Shown here one piece after another: positions 6,459 to 10,255 of a stretch of 10,255 nucleotides of DNA. The position numbers and the translations under genes are program-made. The stretch covers positions 1-10,255 of the forward strand of contig CBFIGT010000080.1 of assembly GCA_965662175.1 (NCBI GenBank), in the 5' to 3' direction. The notes beneath the pieces were generated by a model, which saw only the letters and a list, made by a program, of their open reading frames with translations, made no database searches and had not been told where the DNA came from. Position 1 is the first letter of the stretch, and each line of letters starts with the position of its first letter. The DNA is from Arcobacter sp. GTDB lineage: Bacteria > Campylobacterota > Campylobacteria > Campylobacterales > Arcobacteraceae.

Positions 6459-6830
6459 TTAATCCTTTATATAAGTAACAATATTAAATAAATGACTATT
6501 TGGGTCTAAAAAATAAATCTCTTTTTTTTGAAAATCCTCATAGATTTTCTTATTTTCAAAATCTCTTATGCTACTACCAAATAAGAGTTTCTCTTTTTTT
6601 ATATTTTTTAAAATAAAATCAAAATATTCATTATCAACTTCAAAAGTAAATTGAGTATTTGTATACTCTTCATCCTCTTCTAGTTTTAAATATAATTTAT
6701 CATTAACTTGAATTAATGATTCCTCGTCACTTTCACTAATTAATTTAAAGTTCAAAATTCTATTATAGAAGTGAGAAGCTATTACTGTATCAACACAAGG
6801 AACAATAGTATAAGTTAATTGGATATTCAA
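6459..6830 (-). CDS. VOC/glyoxalase-bleomycin resistance superfamily protein (degenerate metal site)
   Basis: Motifs TIVP..D...SHFYNRILNF and IYFLDPNSHLF. TTG start preceded by AAGGT. Confidence 0.78.
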   Translation of the reverse strand: MNIQLTYTIVPCVDTVIASHFYNRILNFKLISESDEESLIQVNDKLYLKLEEDEEYTNTQFTFEVDNEYFDFILKNIKKEKLLFGSSIRDFENKKIYEDFQKKEIYFLDPNSHLFNIVTYIKD

Positions 6831-6866
6831 AATTTACCTTTTTATTAATCTTTAAAAATAGGGTAA

Positions 6867-6872
6867 ATTATA
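6867..6872 (-). promoter_or_regulatory. sigma70 -10 box (TATAAT) for the VOC gene
   Basis: Exact TATAAT on the minus strand, about 37 nt upstream of the TTG start. Confidence 0.5.
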
Positions 6873-6895
6873 TTGTAAATGTACGAAAATTTAGA

Positions 6896-6901
6896 TAAAA
6901 T
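6896..6901 (+). promoter_or_regulatory. sigma70 -10 box (TAAAAT) for the zapB-like/priA operon
   Basis: TAAAAT ends 7 nt before the ATG at 6908, and no Shine-Dalgarno sequence is present. Confidence 0.55.
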
Positions 6902-6907
6902 CACGCC

Positions 6908-7108
6908 ATGGAAATAATAGAAAAGTTAAATGCTCAAATAGATAAAGTATTAAAAGATTATGAGATGTTAAAAATGGAAAATAATTCATTAAAAATAGAA
7001 TTAGATAGATTAAAAAATAAAAATGATGAATTAGTAAGAAATAATCAAGATATGCTTTTAAAAATAGATAGTACATTAACTTTAAGTAAGGCTAGAAAAA
7101 GTGAATAA
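6908..7108 (+). CDS. Small coiled-coil protein, ZapB-like cell division factor
   Basis: 66-aa continuous heptad pattern (IEKLNAQIDKVLKDYEMLKMENNSLK). First gene of the operon leading to priA. Confidence 0.65.
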   Translation: MEIIEKLNAQIDKVLKDYEMLKMENNSLKIELDRLKNKNDELVRNNQDMLLKIDSTLTLSKARKSE

Positions 7109-7310
7109 GAAAATAACATTTCATATTGACAATATGGCTTATAGTATTAATATTGATGAAAACTTGGAAAAAGAGCTTACAAAATTCCTGCCCTGTGATA
7201 AATCGCTTACTACAAAAGAGTTGTTATACGCATATTTATGTAAAACACAAGAACATCATAGCTTTAAAAATGAGGTAGAAAAGCTTTCAAGTAAACTCCC
7301 TAAAATCTAA
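7101..7310 (+). CDS. Small hypothetical protein, possibly ZapA-like
   Basis: GTG start overlapping the previous stop. N-terminal beta-hairpin pattern (KKITFHIDNMAYSINI) followed by helices. TAATG coupling to the next gene. Confidence 0.6.
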   Translation: MNKKITFHIDNMAYSINIDENLEKELTKFLPCDKSLTTKELLYAYLCKTQEHHSFKNEVEKLSSKLPKI

Positions 7311-7771
7311 TGAAAAAATCTTTTTCAATAATAGAAATAATATTTACTATTGTGATTATTGCAATAATTTCTTCTTTTGCTTTAAATAAATATTTTCACC
7401 ATATTGAAAAAGTAAACTTTGTAAAAATAAAATCTGAAGTTTCTTTAATAAATAATGCAATTAATCAATTATATTCAAATCAAACTCTTTTGGGTAATAA
7501 TAATTTTATTATTGAGAGATTAGATGAGGCTTTAGTTGATGTTCCTAATGAAACACTTTTTAATGGTTATAATGAGTTTATCTTATTAGATGAAGTTATC
7601 TTATCAACAAGTGAAGAGAAAAAAGAGTTAGGTCAATGGATTAAACTCTCTAATAGTGAGTACAAAGTCTATTTTTCAAAAGATAAATTTTTAAGTTTCT
7701 ATTTAGATAGTGAAAACATGACATTTGCTTGTGATAGGAATGAAAATCTTTGTATAGAGTTCGAACAATGA
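7310..7771 (+). CDS. Prepilin-type N-terminal cleavage/methylation domain protein (pseudopilin)
   Basis: Class III signal peptide MKKS|FSIIEIIFTIVIIAII with Phe+1, Glu+5 and a hydrophobic helix. C-terminal Cys pair. Confidence 0.88.
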   Translation: MKKSFSIIEIIFTIVIIAIISSFALNKYFHHIEKVNFVKIKSEVSLINNAINQLYSNQTLLGNNNFIIERLDEALVDVPNETLFNGYNEFILLDEVILSTSEEKKELGQWIKLSNSEYKVYFSKDKFLSFYLDSENMTFACDRNENLCIEFEQ

Positions 7772-9618
7772 GTTTCTATTATGAATTAGCACTTTTAAAA
7801 TCACCTTTAGAAAATCTTACTTTTGAAAATGATGATAAACTAGAATTAGGTTCTTTAGTAAAAATAAAACTTAGAAATCGAAAAGTTTTAGATAATGCTG
7901 TTGTGATAAAAGAGGTTCCAAAGCCTACATTTAAATGTACAAAAATTGATACACTTACTAATCTTTTTTACTCTAAAGAGATGTTAAAAACAGCTAAGTT
8001 TATTTCTCAATATTATGTCTCTTCTTTAGGTGAAGCTTTAAGTATTTATAATCCTTTTAATAATGAGATTAAAAAAAATAGTAATGAGATTTTATTTGAA
8101 TCAAATATTGATTTATCAAATGAACAAAATCAAGCCTATGAATTTTGCCAAGAAAACTTACAATCACTACTTTTTGCAAATACGGGTGCTGGAAAAACAG
8201 AAATATATATAAAGGCAATTGAGAAAAAATTAAATGAGGGTAAAGAAGCACTTTTATTGATGCCTGAAATTTCACTAACTCCTCAAATGCAAAATAGATT
8301 AGAAAAAGTATTTGGAAAAAGTGTAGCAATTTGGCACTCAAAAATTACAAAAAAAAGAAAAGAGAGTATTATTGAGGGACTTTTAAAAGGTGAAATAAAA
8401 CTTCTTGCAGGTGCTAGGTCAGCTCTATTTTTGCCCTATAATGATTTAGGATTAATAATTGTTGATGAAGAGCATGATGAATCTTATAAAAGTGATAGTA
8501 AACCAAGATATAATACAAAAGATTTGGCACTATATATTTCAAAATCACAAAATATTCAAGTAATACTAGGAAGTGCAACTCCATCACTAAACTCTTATCA
8601 TAAAATAGCTTTTTTTAGATTATCTAAAACCTATTTTCAAACCACAAAAACTATCTCTTATGATGATGGAACGTCAAGTTTAACACAAAATATAATAGGA
8701 AAAATTGCTAAAACTGTAAATGAAAATAATCAAGTTATAATATTTTTACCCACACGTGCGAATTATAAATATCAAGTTTGTACTTCATGTGGTAAAGCTG
8801 TTGATTGTCCTTTTTGTTCTGTTTCTATGAGTTTACATAAAAATGCCTTAGCTTTAAAGTGTCATTATTGTGGTTATACCCAACAAATACCAAAATCATG
8901 CCCCTCTTGTCATACAGGAATAATTCATAATCTAAGAGTTGGAACTGCTCAAATTGAAGAGGAGTTAAATGAGATATTTAAAGATAAAATTATTAGAAGA
9001 TTTGATAGGGATGAAGTTAAAACTGATAAACAATTAAGAACTATTTTAGATGATTTTAATAAAGAGAAGATTGATATTTTAGTTGGAACTCAAATGCTCT
9101 CTAAAGGGCATGATTATCATAATGTAAAACTAGCTGTAGTTTTAGGTATAGATTCAGTTTTACGAATGAACTCATATAAAGCAAGGGAGAGAGCTTTATC
9201 TCTTTTAATCCAAATTGCTGGAAGAAGTGGTAGAAAAGGTGAGGGCGAAGTTGTAATACAGACTCAAAACAAAGAGTTTTTTGATTATTATATTTCCCAA
9301 AAAGATTATAAAAATTTTTTAGATGATGAATTAGAGTTTAGAGAAGAGTTATATCCTCCATATTTTAAGTTAGCAAAAATTATATTTGCCCATACAAATG
9401 GATTAAAAGTAAAAGATGAGTTTGATAAATATACAAATATCTTAAAAGCCCATGAAAACATAGAAGTTGTTGGGGCTAATCAATGTGTGATATTTAAATT
9501 AGCCAATAAATTTAGATATGAGATTTTGATACGTTCAAATAATCTAAAAGCTTTACTTGAAGCTTTACATAGTATCAATTCCCCAATGGCTAGTATAGAT
9601 ATGGATACTATTTATTAA
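7768..9618 (+). CDS. priA: Primosomal protein N' (replication restart helicase PriA)
   Basis: Walker A TGAGKTE, LMPEISLTPQ, GARSALF, DEEHD, GSATP, four CxxC zinc motifs, GTQMLSKG and QIAGRSGR. The start is placed at ATG 7768 (ATGA overlap) rather than TTG 7750. Confidence 0.97.
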   Translation: MSFYYELALLKSPLENLTFENDDKLELGSLVKIKLRNRKVLDNAVVIKEVPKPTFKCTKIDTLTNLFYSKEMLKTAKFISQYYVSSLGEALSIYNPFNNEIKKNSNEILFESNIDLSNEQNQAYEFCQENLQSLLFANTGAGKTEIYIKAIEKKLNEGKEALLLMPEISLTPQMQNRLEKVFGKSVAIWHSKITKKRKESIIEGLLKGEIKLLAGARSALFLPYNDLGLIIVDEEHDESYKSDSKPRYNTKDLALYISKSQNIQVILGSATPSLNSYHKIAFFRLSKTYFQTTKTISYDDGTSSLTQNIIGKIAKTVNENNQVIIFLPTRANYKYQVCTSCGKAVDCPFCSVSMSLHKNALALKCHYCGYTQQIPKSCPSCHTGIIHNLRVGTAQIEEELNEIFKDKIIRRFDRDEVKTDKQLRTILDDFNKEKIDILVGTQMLSKGHDYHNVKLAVVLGIDSVLRMNSYKARERALSLLIQIAGRSGRKGEGEVVIQTQNKEFFDYYISQKDYKNFLDDELEFREELYPPYFKLAKIIFAHTNGLKVKDEFDKYTNILKAHENIEVVGANQCVIFKLANKFRYEILIRSNNLKALLEALHSINSPMASIDMDTIY

Positions 9619-9657
9619 CATCTACTTTGTTTTATTTTGTATTAGAAAAGATTATAG

Positions 9658-9663
9658 TATAAT
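9658..9663 (+). promoter_or_regulatory. sigma70 -10 box (TATAAT) for dapD
   Basis: Exact TATAAT preceded by periodic T-rich tracts. RBS AAGGA at 9677-9681 and ATG at 9690. Confidence 0.6.
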
Positions 9664-9689
9664 CGGCAAAAATTTAAAGGAATAAAAAT

Positions 9690-10255
9690 ATGATTTATAC
9701 TACTGATGAATTTAAAAAATTAGTTGAAAATATCCAATCTCAAGATTGGTATAGAAACCCAATTGGATTTGGTATTGCTAGAGTTGATAGAGGACAATTA
9801 AATCCTGAAAAAATTTTACAAGCAACTTATCCTGTAGTTAACTGGGAAGAAAATTATGGAAGCGCTGCTATTTTTTTAAATGCATTAAAAGAGTCAGGTG
9901 TTGAAGTTGATACTTCTAAATCAGAGTTAGTTTGTACTTTAAGTGATGAGTTTTTAACATCTTGTATTGAGTCTTTTAGACCTTATGCTCCTGAAGCTAA
10001 AGGTGAAGCTCATAAAAATGTACAAGTTATCTCTTCACTTGCTACTTTACCTATTGATTCAGGATTAACAGGAAATGATTATAAAGTTGTATTTATTTTT
10101 GAAGATGCAAACCCACAATCAGTTGAAACTGTTTATTTAAAACTTTATGCTTTATCTTTAGGAAAAGCTAAATTAAGAAGTTTAAACTTAAATGGTGCAT
10201 TTGGTATTTTAGAAAACTGTGCTTGGGCTGGGACTGAACCTATTGAATTAGATTG
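9690..10255 (+). CDS. dapD: Tetrahydrodipicolinate N-succinyltransferase DapD, long Campylobacterota type (3' end outside window)
   Basis: Not in the ORF track. The open frame reads MIYTTDEFKKLVENIQSQDWYRNPIGFGIARVD...NYGSAAIF...HKNVQVI...YLKLYALSLGKAKLRSLNLNGAFGILENCAW to the window end, with a strong RBS. Confidence 0.9.
   Translation, partial: MIYTTDEFKKLVENIQSQDWYRNPIGFGIARVDRGQLNPEKILQATYPVVNWEENYGSAAIFLNALKESGVEVDTSKSELVCTLSDEFLTSCIESFRPYAPEAKGEAHKNVQVISSLATLPIDSGLTGNDYKVVFIFEDANPQSVETVYLKLYALSLGKAKLRSLNLNGAFGILENCAWAGTEPIELD

Noticed and set aside
6891..7076. 61-aa minus-strand ORF
   Set aside because: Antisense to the zapB-like gene, with low-complexity composition.
8173..8202. PriA Walker A reads ANTGAGKT rather than GxTGSGKT
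   Set aside because: The GKT core and all other helicase motifs are intact, so this is treated as ordinary lineage variation.
8069..8341. 90-aa minus-strand ORF
   Set aside because: Antisense to priA helicase motifs.
9636..9663. TTTTGTATTAGAAAA resembling the start of a Campylobacter-type difH site
   Set aside because: The matching inverted half is absent. The sequence is better explained as the T-rich upstream part of the dapD promoter.
9780..9790. AGAGTTGATAG in dapD matching part of the 18-bp direct repeat
   Set aside because: Only 11 nt inside a core gene, consistent with chance.

Overview
AT-rich bacterial chromosome, most likely Campylobacterota (Arcobacteraceae-like, judged from the long-form dapD, hypE-hypA and the zapB-like/pseudopilin/priA gene order). 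The left part (1-4435) is a tightly coupled, same-strand accessory/defence block. It contains the 3' end of a MukB/MksB/JetC-type SMC ATPase, a C-terminally truncated YhcG (DUF1016) gene, a JetD/MksG-like TOPRIM protein, a 48-codon probable hsdM remnant, a RhuM-family protein with a PLD-like C-terminal domain, and a beta-hydroxyacid dehydrogenase. This block runs without an obvious break into hypE-hypA. The right part looks like core genome: a TerB-like gene, a degenerate VOC gene (minus strand), zapB-like, a small hypothetical, a pseudopilin, priA and the 5' part of dapD. The two most notable structures are an 18-bp direct repeat bracketing the yhcG fragment exactly at the SMC/TOPRIM junction, and odd-centred DNA palindromes inside the coding sequences of both yhcG (two copies, read in different frames) and the RhuM gene. 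All calls come from reading the sequence and recognising motifs; no searches were run.
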